Source: Promethearchaeota archaeon
GTDB taxonomy: Archaea > Asgardarchaeota > Lokiarchaeia > Sigyniarchaeales > SOKP01
DNA length: 14,611 nucleotides
Direction: 5' to 3'
NCBI GenBank assembly: GCA_004524535.1
Contig: SDNY01000093.1
Location: 1 to 14,611, forward strand
The position numbers and the translations under genes are program-made. The notes beneath the pieces were generated by a model. That model searched no databases and had not been told where the DNA came from. It saw only the letters and a program-made list of their open reading frames with translations. Shown one piece after another: positions 14,536-14,611 of the stretch (position 1 is the stretch's first letter; each line of letters begins with the position of its first letter).

Positions 14536-14611
14536 ATGTCAGTAGAAAATCGTCCCTGGGTCGAACGGTATCGTCCGCGTTCTTTAAACGATGTTGTTAA
14601 CCAAAATGCCA
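14536..14611 (+). CDS. rfcS: Replication factor C subunit (probably small), 3'-truncated by the window edge
   Basis: MSVENRPWVERYRPRSLNDVVNQNA contains RFC box II (PWVEKYRP..L.DVV.Q). Not in the ORF track. Confidence 0.88.
   Translation, partial: MSVENRPWVERYRPRSLNDVVNQNA

Noticed and set aside
1-14611. CRISPR array, integrase/transposase, or att duplication of the tRNA 3' end
   Set aside because: No regularly spaced repeats, recombinase motifs or second copy of the tRNA 3' end were seen.

Overview
AT-rich archaeal chromosomal DNA whose gene content points to an Asgard archaeon, most likely Lokiarchaeia. It carries the 3' part of a eukaryote-type ubiquitin-activating E1, a UBC-fold E2, a vWA + C4HC3 zinc-finger protein (candidate E3 or PHD reader) next to a class I HDAC/AcuC gene, PDCD5, an N-acyl-ornithine carbamoyltransferase, an M24 peptidase and the start of RFC-small. 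The best-supported discovery is a tRNA-Tyr(GTA) gene at 6086-6273, absent from the ORF track, that appears to be split by three introns (8/9, 37/38, 55/56). Each intron has a bulge-helix-bulge-like motif, and splicing gives a clean 77-nt cloverleaf. An accessory-looking block at about 1400-5340 holds an orphan polymorphic-toxin-like RNase domain overlapping tail-to-tail with an LRR protein, plus a DUF6884-like gene. The 720-bp gap at 12057-12775 contains a candidate stand-alone structured ncRNA with its own BRE/TATA and palindromic operator, and a remnant of a Loki-CTERM-like membrane anchor. All family assignments come from motif recognition by eye; no searches were run.
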